Position numbers and translations under genes: made by a program
Shown: piece after piece, positions 39,022 through 50,971 of the stretch
How the letters are laid out: the number at the start of each line of letters is the position of its first letter
Numbering within the stretch: position 1 is the stretch's first letter
Notes under the pieces: model-generated
What the model was told of the DNA's origin: nothing
The model's database searches: none
What the model saw: only the letters and a program-made list of their open reading frames with translations
DNA from: Octopus sinensis
Lineage: Eukaryota
Length of the DNA stretch: 64,000 bases
Reading direction: 5' to 3'
Assembly (NCBI RefSeq): GCF_006345805.1
Contig: NC_043001.1
Location: forward strand, 20,460,001 to 20,524,000

Positions 39022-39405
39022 TTAGCACTATGACCAGGCAACGCCAGGTCATAGTGCTAGTGCATGCATATACAGCTAGTGCATGCATATACAGCTAGTG
39101 CATGCATATACGCGAGTACTGTCCAAATCTCCGACCAATCACTTACAGCTAGCTGGCATTCAATTGGCGTATCAAGTTTTGGGCATTTTGATTGGGTTTT
39201 GGATAGAAAATTCACAAAAAAGTCCCTTCTATTGATTTTTTTATGGCTTTCTGAGGTGATTGGGGAAATGTAAAGATGTGCACGACCACCCTTGGACGGT
39301 TTCGAATGACCATAGAAAGTGCGAGCCCTCTAACTGAAAAATTATGGATTTGTATAAAGGACACACACACAGTCAGACATTTTGCCGTTTATATATAGGG
39401 AGAGA
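39022..39405 (-). mobile_element. Non-autonomous Helitron H1 copy 2
   Basis: Colinear with 5500-5865; carries a 19-bp unit GCTAGTGCATGCATATACA about 3 times (39056-39111). Confidence 0.85.
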
Positions 39406-39689
39406 TTTTGAAGTTGAAAGTCTTGGAGAAATTGTGCTTAACATCAAAATACTTGCTGTAACCAAACTTGTCTGTTTCAGTCATTGGATTGAGACTATGC
39501 TGGTGTACAATCTTGACATGTTTAGTTGAACAAATCAACCCCAGTACTAATTCTATTAGTTTCATTTGCTGAACCACTAAGTTACAGGGACATAAACACA
39601 CAAACACTGGTTGTCAAGCAGTAGTGGTGGGACAAACACAGATACAAAGACACACAGGCATATACATACACACACACATTTACATACAT

Positions 39690-39727
<38 letters not shown>

Positions 39728-40854
39728 ACACACACACACACACAACACACACAGATATATATATTCTTTTATTATGTTATTCTTTTACTTGTTTCAGTCA
39801 TTTGACTGCAGCCATGCTGGAGCACTGCCTATGGTCGAACAAACTCTACCCCAGAACTTATTCTTTGTAAGCTTAGTACTTATTCTATTGGTCTTTTTTG
39901 CTGAACCGCTAAGTTACGGTGACATAAACACACCAGCATCGGTTGTCAAGCGATGTTGGGGGGACTAACACAGACACATTTTGAGTTATAATATTTAAAT
40001 ACAAAGAAACAGAAAAAAAAAGAAAGATAAAAAAGGAAAAGAAAGAAAAAAGGGTAAATCAACAGGAGTTGTGGGGAGGGGCAGTGGGCCACAAACCCCC
40101 CACCGGAACAAATGATGTGCTCAGCTGTACCCTGTAGTAATGACTGCAATGATGTTGCCATGGAGAATGACCAGTGACACTTGCTGTAACAACCACTCCA
40201 CTTCGTGGGACTTATTTCTAAGATAGGCCACGGTGATCCTGATTTTGCAGAGGAAATAGTTATACTGCTGGGTCTAGAACACCTGACATCTCGACAGCAA
40301 CCTGACACAAACTGATGATCAATTGTACAGGGATGGAACAACTGCATAAAGTAAGAAGAATTCAAAATGATCTGCTGAATGAATAAACTGCTTGAAATGT
40401 AGAATATGAGTGTTATACGGGAGAATTTAGTTGCTTATAGATGGTGTCAGTTGATGTGTGTAGGTGAGGCAACTGGGACAGTATCACAAATGAAGAATGA
40501 GTGTTGCGTAGAAAGGTTGAGTGTACTGATAATGTTAGGAAGTCTTGTGTGATAAATTCCAAATTACATAGAATGAAGACATGTCACATGCTTGCTTATA
40601 TAACAGATGTATCTATTTCATGCTAGTTTGGTAAATCAGAAGTGATGATGATGGTGAACTTTTGCTTAAAGTATATATATCAGTTGTTAAATAAAAATAT
40701 ACAATATCTAATGTTGAAGGGCAAATTTTCAATCTTTTATTACAGGAATAAAAAATACTTATAAAGTAAACAAATAACAAATACATACAAAATGAACAAA
40801 GAATAAATATTTTGGAATAATAAAAAAGATAAGAATTAATACTTATTTGTTTAC

Positions 40855-41240
40855 TCTTTTACTTGTTTCAGTCATTTGACTGCGGCCATGCTGGAGCACC
40901 GCCTTTAGTCGAGCAAATCGACCCCAGGACTTATTCTTTGTAAGGCTAGTACTTATTCTATCAGTCTCTTTGTCGAACCGCTAAGTTATGGCGACGTAAA
41001 TACACCAGCATCGGTTGTCAAGCGATGTTGGGGGGGACAAACACAGATACACAAACATATATACATATACATATATACGACAGGCTTCTTTCAATTTCCA
41101 TCTACCAAATCCACCCATAAGGCTTTGGTCGGCCCGAGGTTATAGTAGAAGACACTTGCCCAAGGTGCCACGCAGTGGGACTGAACCCGGAACCATGTGG
41201 TTGGTAAGCAAGCTACTTACCACACAGCCACTCCTGCGCC
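40855..41240 (-). mobile_element. SINE family A
   Basis: Full-length match; partial copies at ~39450-39650, 39781-39980 and 43050-43265. Confidence 0.9.
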
Positions 41241-41413
41241 TGTTTATTTTATTTTATTTTATTTTATTTTGTGGGTGGGATTAGGCAGAAAGATAGAACT
41301 GTGTACATTTCCTTCACGTGTCTTGCTTGAAAGGAAAGTACAATCTTAACTCATGAAGAAGTAAAATTTTTCAGCATCTTAACTCAACATTACAATTCTG
41401 AAAGAATACTTAC

Positions 41414-41434
41414 TATTTAAAGTATACTGATAGA
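41414..41434 (-). CDS. Candidate 21-nt microexon
   Basis: GGTTTTTAG/TCTATCAGTATACTTTAAATA/GTAAGT; open in phases 1 and 2. A second weak candidate lies at 41566-41605 (donor GTGAGT). Confidence 0.3.
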
Positions 41435-42264
41435 CTAAAAACCTCCATTATAGATGTAAAATAATCAAATATTTTCTGCTAGTCAAAAGACAGACAAACA
41501 GCACCAGCTTCAGGACCTCTTGGTCACTTCTTCTAAGCTGACAGGTAAGCAATTATATGACTCACCAAAGGTAGCTCATTTGTGTATTGTGAACACCACA
41601 AATGTCTAATTAAGTTTCACTTGCAATCTGTACTTAAGTCAACAATTCTACTGAAAGAACAAACTGAATTTTAAAAACGGAAGTTTTAATAGTCATAATT
41701 AATAAAGGTAAGTATCTTTGACTAAACATACTAAGATTAAATATAAATATTTGGAAACGAAATCAAATTATAATGATTTTGAAAAAAATTATAGAGATTT
41801 TACAAAAGTTCCCAGTCTGTTTGACTGGAGAAAATATATCAAATCTTTTTTTTAAAGTTGAATGACTGAAATTATGTCTGGCCTTCTCCAGGCATATTCA
41901 ACATCATCATCATCATCCTCATTTAACGTCCGCTTTCCATGCTAGCATGGGTTGGACGATTTTGACTTAGGGCTGGCAACTAGATGGCTGCACCAGGCTC
42001 CAGTCTTGATCTGGCAGAGTTTCTACAGCTGGATGCCCTTCCTAACGCCAACCACTCCGAGAGTATAGTGGGTGCTTTTACGTGCCACCAGCATGAGGGC
42101 CAGTCAGGCGGTACTGGCAACGGCCACACTCAAATGGTGTTTTTTACATGCCACCTGCACAAGAGCCAGTCCAGTGGCACTGGCCATCAGGTTGTATTAC
42201 TGCCAAGATCAGACTGATCATATTTGATGGCTTACAAGATGTACTTTTTCCCAAAAAATGTCTC

Positions 42265-42295
<31 letters not shown>

Positions 42296-43271
42296 CCCTG
42301 GGTCCTATATCTTAAGTTGAGCTTATTTTACATGTTTTGAACACTAAAAACATTTTTTTTTCTAACTTTGTACTGCTGAAACTGGGGTACGTCTAATCTG
42401 CATTTTTTATGTCATTAAATACAGTACTCCCTACTGCAATGTTCACAATCTACTTACAATTAACCTTTATTAATTAAAATTTTTAACGGCAATAGATTAG
42501 TAAGGTCATTTAAACATCAAATAAAATGCCTTATACTTAGTGATGTCATTTTATGGTCCAAGTTCAAACCCTGTCTGGGCCAACTTGGCCCTTTCAAGGG
42601 CCATAAAACAAAGTACCATAAAACAAAGTACCAGTACAGGGTTCAATGATATTGATTAATACCCTCCCCTCAAAACTGATGGCCTTGTGTCTATATTAGA
42701 AACAATTTCTATATTTTACAGCATAGTAGAAACAGCATTGTGGAAGATGCACACTGATTTTAGAAATGTAATTCTAGGAGAAAAGTTTTTCATGCTTACC
42801 AAAACCCTATCAACACCATTGGACAGTGTTTGACCGGCACACACAAAGATGAATTATCAGACAAAAATGGTGAGTAAACCAGTGGAATGGTCATACATAT
42901 TGTTGAATGAAATCACCAAACAATGGCTGGAGTTTGCTACCAGGTATTATTGTCATACAACATTAACCAGCCGTGTCCAGCCAAAACATTCTGTTTTTGT
43001 TCAAATTGGCCAGGTCTGGCCTCTCACACCTTTTTAAACCTGGTAATTATCTTATCAGTCTCTTTTGCTGAAGTGCTAAGTTACAGGGACACAAACACAC
43101 CGACATGGGTTATCAAGCAGTGGTAGGGGGACAAACACAGACACATAGCTTTGGCCAGCCCAAGGATAAGGGAGAAGACACTTGCCCAAAGTTCCACACA
43201 GTGGGACTGAACTCAGAAACGTGGTTGGGAAGAAGGCTTTTTACCACACAGCCATGTTTGCACCTGTACAT

Positions 43272-43370
43272 ATGTGGTCTGATCAATAAGTATCCGGACT
43301 GTTGACATAGTAATGAAGCTGAAGCATGCCGAGTGAAGCCGCTTGGCACAGATTGACCTTGAACTCTGTT
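43272..43370 (+). mobile_element. mariner-like terminal fragment
   Basis: TA-TGTGGTCTGATCAATAAGTATCCGGACTG resembles mariner TIRs; no partner end seen. Confidence 0.5.
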
Positions 43371-43442
43371 GTGTGTGCACAACTGAACCCGGAACTATGT
43401 GGTTCGTAAGCAAGCTACTCACTACACAGCCACTCAGTGTGA

Positions 43443-43550
43443 TGCTTACAGCACCTAGGTTTCCCAAGCAGTCACCCATCTAAGTACTAACTAGGCTCAA
43501 CGTTGCTTAACTTCGGTGATCAGTGCTTTCAACGTGATATGGCCCTGTAA
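43443..43550 (-). pseudogene. 5S rRNA pseudogene
   Basis: Minus strand reads GGCCATATCACGTTGAAAGCAC-TGATCACCGAAGTTAAGCAACGTTGAGCCTAGTTAGTACTTAGATGGGTGACTGCTTGGGAAACCTAGGTGCTGTAAGC; about 11 nt missing relative to canonical animal 5S. Confidence 0.9.
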
Positions 43551-44683
43551 CTTTTTTTCTTTCTAAATAGGGCTATCAACCCTATGCAAACCCATTTTTA
43601 CCTTTGGGAAGGGATGATCCATATTAGTCTGGATCCTTTGACCTGCTCACCATGAGAAGTTCTACCATATGCTTGCACTCCTCTTAGAATCGTTGAGGCA
43701 TATCAGCCATCACAGTGCAACAAGGACTGGACCTTATGGTGGACAATAATTGTTACAACAATGAAATATTGAAAAAAAGCCAAAATATTACAATTTGTTG
43801 GCACAAACTTAGAAGAAATTACAGTGTTTTGGCAGTTATGTGAGAAAGTCACATTGTTTCATTATACCCCCTTCCTCAGCGTACTTAACCCACATCAGCT
43901 AAATGTCTTACATTATTTCATGACTTTGTTACCTTCAAAACTGATGTCAGTAGGTACCGACCATAGGAATGGTAAGTGTCCCAAAGAAATAACCCTCTTT
44001 CCCAACAAGGAAGGCAGATCCCTAATCTGGATTGATCTGAAGCTATAACAGATATAGGTGTCCAAGATGCCATGTAGAAGAATCAAACCTAGAACATCAT
44101 GGTTATAAAGCAAACATCTTAACCATTCAGTTACATTTATATCCACCATGTGTTATAGAAGTTAGCTGATCACTGTCATTTCTCTGAAATACCATTTAAA
44201 AATCTTCAATTTATACATGTAGATAACTGTTTGTATAAAGCAGCAGTACTAATTCTTGCTGACATTTATTAAAAGTTCACTCAGTTAAAGAATTTTTGTG
44301 GCAATTATTTAGTTGTTGCTTAGCTTCAAGTCGATTTTGATCAACCCTACTTTTGAAAAAGCTTACTCAGTCCTTTTCTCCTTTCTGACATTGTATGTGT
44401 ATTAGAAACTATATAAATCCAATATGTCTCTCTTTAGTAAGACAATAGGGCTTATCTGATAGAGATTTGGTTAATATTTCAAGCAGGTGTTTGGTTCCCC
44501 TGTAAACACAAATAGTATTTAATTACACCCCTCTGTGCTCAAGTTTCTAACTCTTCTCTGTTCGACTCAGTGGTTAACTTCTTAAATGAATACACTACAG
44601 TATCAGTTATATTCTATCGGTTAATATTTCCCTACAAAACTATACCTGTGCTTGGAGAAAAATGTATCATTAATTTAAAATGT

Positions 44684-44984
44684 GTGGAGGCACATGGCCT
44701 AGTGGTTAGAGCAGTGGACTCGCGGTTGAGGGATTGCGGGTTCGAATCTCAGACCAGGCGATGTGAATGTTTATGAGCAAAACACCTAAGGTCCATGCGG
44801 CTCTGGCAGAAGGTAATGGCTAACTACTGCTGACTCTTTTGCCACAACTTTCTCTCACACTTTCCTCCTGCATCTTGCAGCTCACCTGCGACGGACAGGT
44901 GTCCCGTCAAGGTGGGGAACCTATATGCCAAGGAAACCGGGAAACTGGCCCTATGAGCCAGACGTGACTCAAGAAGGAACAAAC
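44684..44984 (+). mobile_element. SINE family D
   Basis: 12-bp TSD AATTTAAAATGT (44672-44683 and 44985-44996); colinear with 32752-33051. Confidence 0.9.
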
Positions 44985-45808
44985 AATTTAAAATGTAGAG
45001 TTGAATGAAATAGGAGAGTACTGGACTAAATGTTTTGAGTTCAAACCCCACCAGTGTTGACAAAACTAAGCATTTTTATTTTTCACTTATGCTTCTCATC
45101 ATCATTGTTTAACGTCCGTTTTCCATGCTAGCATGGGTTGGACGGTTCAACTAGGGTCTAGGAAGCCAGAAGGCTGCGCCAGGCCCAATCTGATTTGGCA
45201 GTGTTTCTACAGCTGGATGCCCTTCCTAATGCCAACCACTCCGTGAGTGTAGTGGGTGCTCTTTACATGCCACCTGCACAGGTGCCAGACGAGGCTGGCA
45301 AATGACCACGATCAGATGGTGCTTCTTACATGCCACTGGCATGGGGGCCAGACGAGGCTGGCAACAGCCACAATTGGATGGTGCTTTTTTATGTGCCACC
45401 GGCACGGAGGCCAGTCATGGCAGCGCTGGCAACATCCACGTTCGGATGGTTCTCTTACGTGCGACCGGCATTGGTATCACAGCTACAATTTCCATTGATG
45501 TAGATCAATTTCGATTTTTGCTTCTCTCCTGCAAAAATTAAGCAGGCACATATTTACTGAAATCAATAACCAATCTCAATATGGTGGCGAGCTGGAAGAA
45601 TCGTCAGCCTGCCGGACAAAATGCTTAGTAGCATTTCATCCATCTTTATATTCTGGGTTCAAATTCTACCAAGGTTGACTTTGCCTTTCATCCCTTTTGG
45701 GGTTGATAAATTAAGTACCAGTTGAGCACTAGGATTGATATATTCAACCTGACCCTTCCCTGAAATTACTAGCCTTCAGCCAAAAGCTTGATGGCAATAT
45801 TTAATCTG

Positions 45809-46065
45809 TGGAGGCACGCGGCTTAGTGGTTAGGGTGTCAGCATCATGATTGTAAGATTGTGGTTTTGATTCCTGGACTGGGCGACGCGTTGTGTTCTTG
45901 AGCAAAACACTTCATTTCACGTTGCTCCAGTCCACTCAGCTGGCAAAAATGAGTAACGCTGCGATAGACTGGCGTCCCATCCAGCTGGGGAACACATACG
46001 CCATAGAAACCAGGAAATCGGGCCCATGAGCCTGGCTAGGCTTTAAAAGGGCGCATTTATTATTT
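45809..46065 (+). mobile_element. SINE related to family D (different middle and tail)
   Basis: 13-bp TSD AATATTTAATCTG (45796-45808 and 46066-46078); shares the CTGCGATAGACTGGCGTCCCATCCAG core. Confidence 0.85.
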
Positions 46066-46459
46066 AATATTTAATCTGAACATTAAAATTAGATGATTTT
46101 TAGGTGCTTCTTCATTTCTAAGACCTTATTTAATGAAGATATTTACAATATCAGAAGTAGACATTTTTCAAACCAGAAAGTGAAGTGTTTTCATGGGCAA
46201 AGAATTTGGAAATGAAGAGACGACTTTTAAATTGCTCTCTTTCTCAAGTTTAGGGTTGGTTATCTAAAATATATTTGAAAAGATTTAAAGAATACACAAT
46301 GCTTTCAAATTTTACTGAAAGTGATTCCAAAAGAAAAAAAAATAAAACCACTTCTCATCTTTCTTCAAGTGGCACCATTTTTTGAGAATCAGAATCAGCA
46401 ATTTCTAACATCTTAAATGTTATAAATTCTACAGCTGTTGTAAGTCACTTATAACATAC

Positions 46460-46491
46460 ATCGTTTGCTTGCCGAAATCTTAAAACACTGA
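46460..46491 (-). CDS. Candidate exon (32 nt)
   Basis: Acceptor GTTTATTTTATTTTTTAG, donor GAT/GTATGT; xSVLRFRQAND (phase 1) or xQCFKISASKR (phase 2). Confidence 0.5.
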
Positions 46492-46506
46492 CTAAAAAAT
46501 AAAATA

Positions 46507-46877
46507 AACAAGAGTACTCAGATATCGCAAATCTCCACCAAGGCAACACAAATGTCCTCTCAATGATTAGTCAGAGATGATTTTCAGAATGAGAATATCT
46601 GAAATAAACTCGACCACTCTCACAAATGAGAATACTAAAAATGAACCTGACCGCTCGCAAAAATTAAGTTAAAAAAACAGGAAAAATAATCCAGAATCTT
46701 TGTCCAGTACCGGATGGATTCCAAAATCTAATCAATTCATGCCAGTCACAAGGCCAAACATCCCTGGAAGTTTCATCCAAATCCATTCAGCAGTTCTTGA
46801 GATATCTTGTCCACGGACAAACAAACAAACAAATACAACTGAAAACAATACCACCACCTTAGCTAAGGCAGAGGTAA
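46507..46877 (+). mobile_element. Helentron-associated (HINE/DINE-1-like) non-autonomous element
   Basis: AACAAGAG start, subterminal inverted motif (ATCTCCACCAAGG vs GGCAGAGGT), internal (ACAA)n and a 3' palindrome CCTTAGCTAAGG. Confidence 0.6.
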
Positions 46878-47344
46878 AAATACTCCTCCAGGAGAAAAAA
46901 AACCCAGAACATGAAACAAAATATTCTAACTAGTCAACAACAATGGTGTTATGATCTTGTATCACGAGGTAGTTTCTATATGCTTGAGATAGCAGCAAAA
47001 TTTCTTTCGAATCACACCTCCTAATGTCATGGAAACGAAATGCAGATTGCTCAATGTAATACCAGATATACAAAGAAAGTCTGATGCAGGAGTTAAATAA
47101 CAACATGCAAATTTATTGTTTATTTGGTTCAATATCTTTTATTTTTTTACTTGTTTAAGTCATTAGACTGCAGCCTCAGTATTCATTTTATTTTTTTAAG
47201 CCTGGTACTTATTCTATCGGACACTTTTTGTTGAACCACTACGTTACGGGAACATAAACAAACCAACACTGGTTGTCAAATGATGGTCCCCCCCCATACA
47301 ACACACATATATATAATCAGTATATGACTTAACTTATTGAAAAA

Positions 47345-47759
47345 GGCGCAGGAAGGCTGTGTGGTAAGTAGCTTGCTTACCAACCACATGGTTCTGGGTT
47401 CAGTCCCACTGCATGGAACCTTGGGCAAGTGTCTTCTACTATAGCCTCGGGCAGACCAAAACCTTGTGAGTGGATTTGGTAGATGGAAACTGAACGAAGC
47501 CCGTCATATATATGTATATATGTATATATATATATGTATGTGTTTGTGTATATGTTTGTGTGTCTGTGTTTGTCCCCCCAACATCGGTTGACAACCGATG
47601 CTGGTGTGTTTACGTCCCCGTAACTTAGCGGTTCGGCAAAACAGACCAATAGAATAAGTACTAGGCTTACAAAGAATAAGTCCTGGGGTCGATTTGCTCG
47701 ACTAAAGGCGGTGCTCCAGCATGGCCACAGTCAAATGACTGAAACAAGTAAAAGAGTAA
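47345..47759 (+). mobile_element. SINE family A
   Basis: Full length; tail stem-loop CAGTC-AAAT-GACTG at 47728-47741. Confidence 0.9.
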
Positions 47760-47943
47760 ATTCATTCATATTTATGTAATGAAGGAGACTGGATGTTAAA
47801 ATGGATTATAGTTTTTAATTTTCATATTGCTATACAATTGTTTCATACAAATGGAATCAGATATTCATAAATAGAAAATCATAATAATCATACTTTTACT
47901 CCTCAGTAGTTAATAGAAGAACAAAAAAAAAAAAGATGTTTAA

Positions 47944-48164
47944 CCCTTTCATTACCCTATTTATTTTGAGATGCTCTGTGTTTCTTTTAATTAATTTTAA
48001 ATTAACAAAGAATTTAGTAAAATAACTTAGTTATCATTGAGCTGGTTTAAGGAACATAAATTCTGACTAAGGTTTAGTGGAAGATTTTAATTCAAAACTT
48101 ATGAAAATAAGACATTTATACTACAGAGCCAGAGGCGGTTTCAGCCGGGTTGGTAACGAAAGGT
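47944..48164. mobile_element. piggyBac-like MITE
   Basis: TTAA-CCCTTTCATTACC...GGTAACGAAAGGT-TTAA. Confidence 0.7.
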
Positions 48165-48530
48165 TTAAAGTACTTAGGTTTTTTTCTGACCATTTTATGG
48201 GATTTATATATTCGTCCTTCTAGTCATGTTTATTTGAATCTAGACTAAAAAATATAGGAAGTGGGTGCTAATATATGTAATATCAAATCTGACCTCCTTT
48301 CTATGAAATCTAATATGTATCTCTATTTAAACCTCCTTAAAAAAGCAGTATTTGTATAGAGATAGTTATGGCCAGTTCATAGGGTTATCCAGGGTTTTAC
48401 GTCCATAAAATGCTTAGCTTCATATGTCTTGTCAGACCCTAATGCCAACGGCCATAACTATCTTCCACTAAACACTCTACTGCTCTATAACTTACTTAGT
48501 GTGCTTCTCTTTCTAATTTATGATTTACTG

Positions 48531-48568
<38 letters not shown>

Positions 48569-48569
<1 letters not shown>

Positions 48570-48885
48570 CAGGACCAGATACTGCAACAGCTTGGGTTTC
48601 AGAGGACCACAGCACTTCAATATCCTTCCTAAATGCCTGAGAGACCTGCATGGTGTGGATGTGTGTTTCTTTAAAACTAAACTGGATCTCTTCTTGTCGG
48701 GGGTCCCAGATGAACCCACCGCTCAGCAGGAAATACAAATGCAGGCAATAGCATCGAACTCCCTTGTTGATCAAGTGCCATGTATCAGAGGTGGTTTCAC
48801 ATACTAGTGTAGCTCACTCAACGGTGGTGCCCCAGCATGGCTGCAGCCTTCAGGCTGGAACATTTTTAAGGATTTAAGGATTTTT
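48569..48885 (+). mobile_element. CR1/L2-like LINE extreme 3' end
   Basis: RYCNSLGFRGPQHFNILPKCLRDL...KLDLFLSGVPDEP followed by a 3' UTR homologous to the SINE A tail; same family as 56558-56945. Confidence 0.8.
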
Positions 48886-48898
48886 ATATATATATATT

Positions 48899-49310
48899 CT
48901 CTTTTACTCTTTTATTCTTTTACTTGTTTCAGTCATTTGACGGCAGCCATGCTGGAGCACCGCCTTTAGTCGAGTAAATCGCCCCCAGGACTTATTCATA
49001 GTAAGCCTAGTACTTATTCTATCGGTCTCTTTTGCCGAACCACTAAGATACGGGGATGTAAACACACCAGCATCGGTTGTCAGGCGATGTTGGGGGGACA
49101 AACACAGACACATAAACATATACACACACAATACATATATATATACATATATACAACGGGCTTCTTTCAGTTTCTTTCTACCAAATCCACTCACAGGCTT
49201 TGATCGGCCCGAAGCTATAGTAGAAGACACTTGCCCAAGGTGCCACGCGGTGGGAATGAACCTGGAACCATGTGGTTGGTAAGCAAGCTGCTTACCACAC
49301 AGCCACTCCT
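48899..49310 (-). mobile_element. SINE family A
   Basis: Full length. A second copy follows (3' half 49327-49552, 5' half ~50950-51130), split by the maT element. Confidence 0.9.
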
Positions 49311-49554
49311 GTGTGGTAAGTAGCTATATCTATTTCTTTTATTCTTTTATTTGTTTCAGCCATTTGACTGCAGCCATGCTGGAGCACTGCCTTTAGTCGA
49401 ACAAATTGACTCCAGGACTTATTCTTTGTAAGCCTAGTACTTATTTTATCAGTCTTTTTTGCTAAACCACTAAGTTACAGGGGATGTAAACACACCAAAA
49501 TCAGTTGTCAAGCGATGGTGGAGGGACAGACACAGACATACAAATATATACATA

Positions 49555-50791
49555 CAGAGTGCGGTGAATAAATTGTCATCTAAATTACACAAAAATGAAA
49601 ATAACATCTCATTTTAACAGATATATTTATCAAAATTACATTCAGATATCTTAAAATACTAAAGAATACATTTATTCAATAAAATCATCATTGGCTTCAA
49701 CCACAGCCTCCAGATGACTTTGGAATCTCCAGTAACTCTTCTGGACAGTCTCCTTGTTTAAGTTGGTGAATGCTCCCTTGCTCAACTGTGCCCTACACAT
49801 AATAATCAAGGGGGTTGCAGTCTGAGGAGTTAGGCAGCCAGATGTTGAAGGTGATGTGGTCACAGAAATTGTCTGACAGCCATGACTGGGTTCTCTTACA
49901 TGCGTGGCAAGGTGCAGAGTCCTATTGCCAGACATAGGGTCTCCCCGCAGCCACTCTCTTGACCCAGGGCAGCACTATCTCCTCCAGGCACTTGACATAT
50001 GCTTCTGTGTTAAGTGTGAGGCTGAGTGCGAAGATGAATAGAAGCATAACGCTGCCATCACTAGTGATCACTCCAAACACCATGGTGTTGACTGGATGTT
50101 TGATTTTTATCACTTTTGGTACATGTTTTGGGGACATGACAAGCCAACAGCTGTTCTGTGCGTTCGCCATCTGATCCTGGCAGAAATTTTTCTCGTCTGA
50201 GAAAAACCAAAACATGTTCAGTTGGAGGGGATGGTTGAGTTTGTTCAAAAGCTTTGTAGCATGGCCTTTCCTCTTGTCCTTGATTGTTTTTGTATAAAAA
50301 TTGGCCCTTTCTCATCTTATATGAGGAATACTGAATATCGTCATGCACTACCTGCCTGATAAGAAACTCAGACACTCCCATGTCCCTGGGAATGGGCCTG
50401 ACTGACTTAGTGGGATCGTTGCCAATCATGGCCTGGATCTCACCAACAAATTCAGGAGTTCTTTTCTCATCAGAACGATCAGAGTGAGTTTTCCGAGCTG
50501 CCGTACCTTCATAATCACCATTAGACTCATCCAAATCTTTCCAGATCCTCTGCACTGTCCTCAGATTGTTACCCAAACACTCTGAAATGTTCGTATTGGA
50601 GCTTCCGGAGCCAAGCAGTACATGTCATTTCCAAACTTCTGGTTGAGTGAATTGTGTCATGGTGCTGCTTTTCTCACAGACGATGCCCAACTGACCCTAC
50701 TATACTGTGTAGTCAACAAAATTAGAAACAAACAATGGGTATGGACAAAGTTAAAAATATAAAATGGTGACAATTTACCCATCGCACCTTG
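49555..50791 (-). mobile_element. Tc1/mariner DD37D (maT-type) transposon, degraded
   Basis: 26-bp imperfect TIRs (49555-49580 and 50766-50791, 6 mismatches); WFFSDEKNF, VWQ*DSAPCH and WLPNSSDCNPLDY with 37 residues between the 2nd and 3rd D; stops and frameshifts. Confidence 0.9.
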
Positions 50792-50924
50792 TGTGTGTGT
50801 GTGTGTGTTTAAATAATAAGGGTGAAAAATTGAATATTAATTCGATTAATATCAATTTAAAATCAGTGGCCTAGCATATTGAAAAATCTGAAGATTTAGA
50901 AAAATTATATTACATATATGTATG

Positions 50925-50971
<47 letters not shown>

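Noticed and set aside
39946-40365. 139-aa minus-strand ORF with a good acceptor at 40342
   Set aside because: No convincing donor, and the + strand shows GDPDFAEEIVIL, resembling a decayed RT DFADD motif. More likely an old LINE fragment, though not fully excluded as an exon.
42236-42261. 26-nt candidate exon (xIFWEKVHL) after a long T tract
   Set aside because: Needs a rare GAG acceptor, and the tract is more simply a poly(A) run on the + strand.
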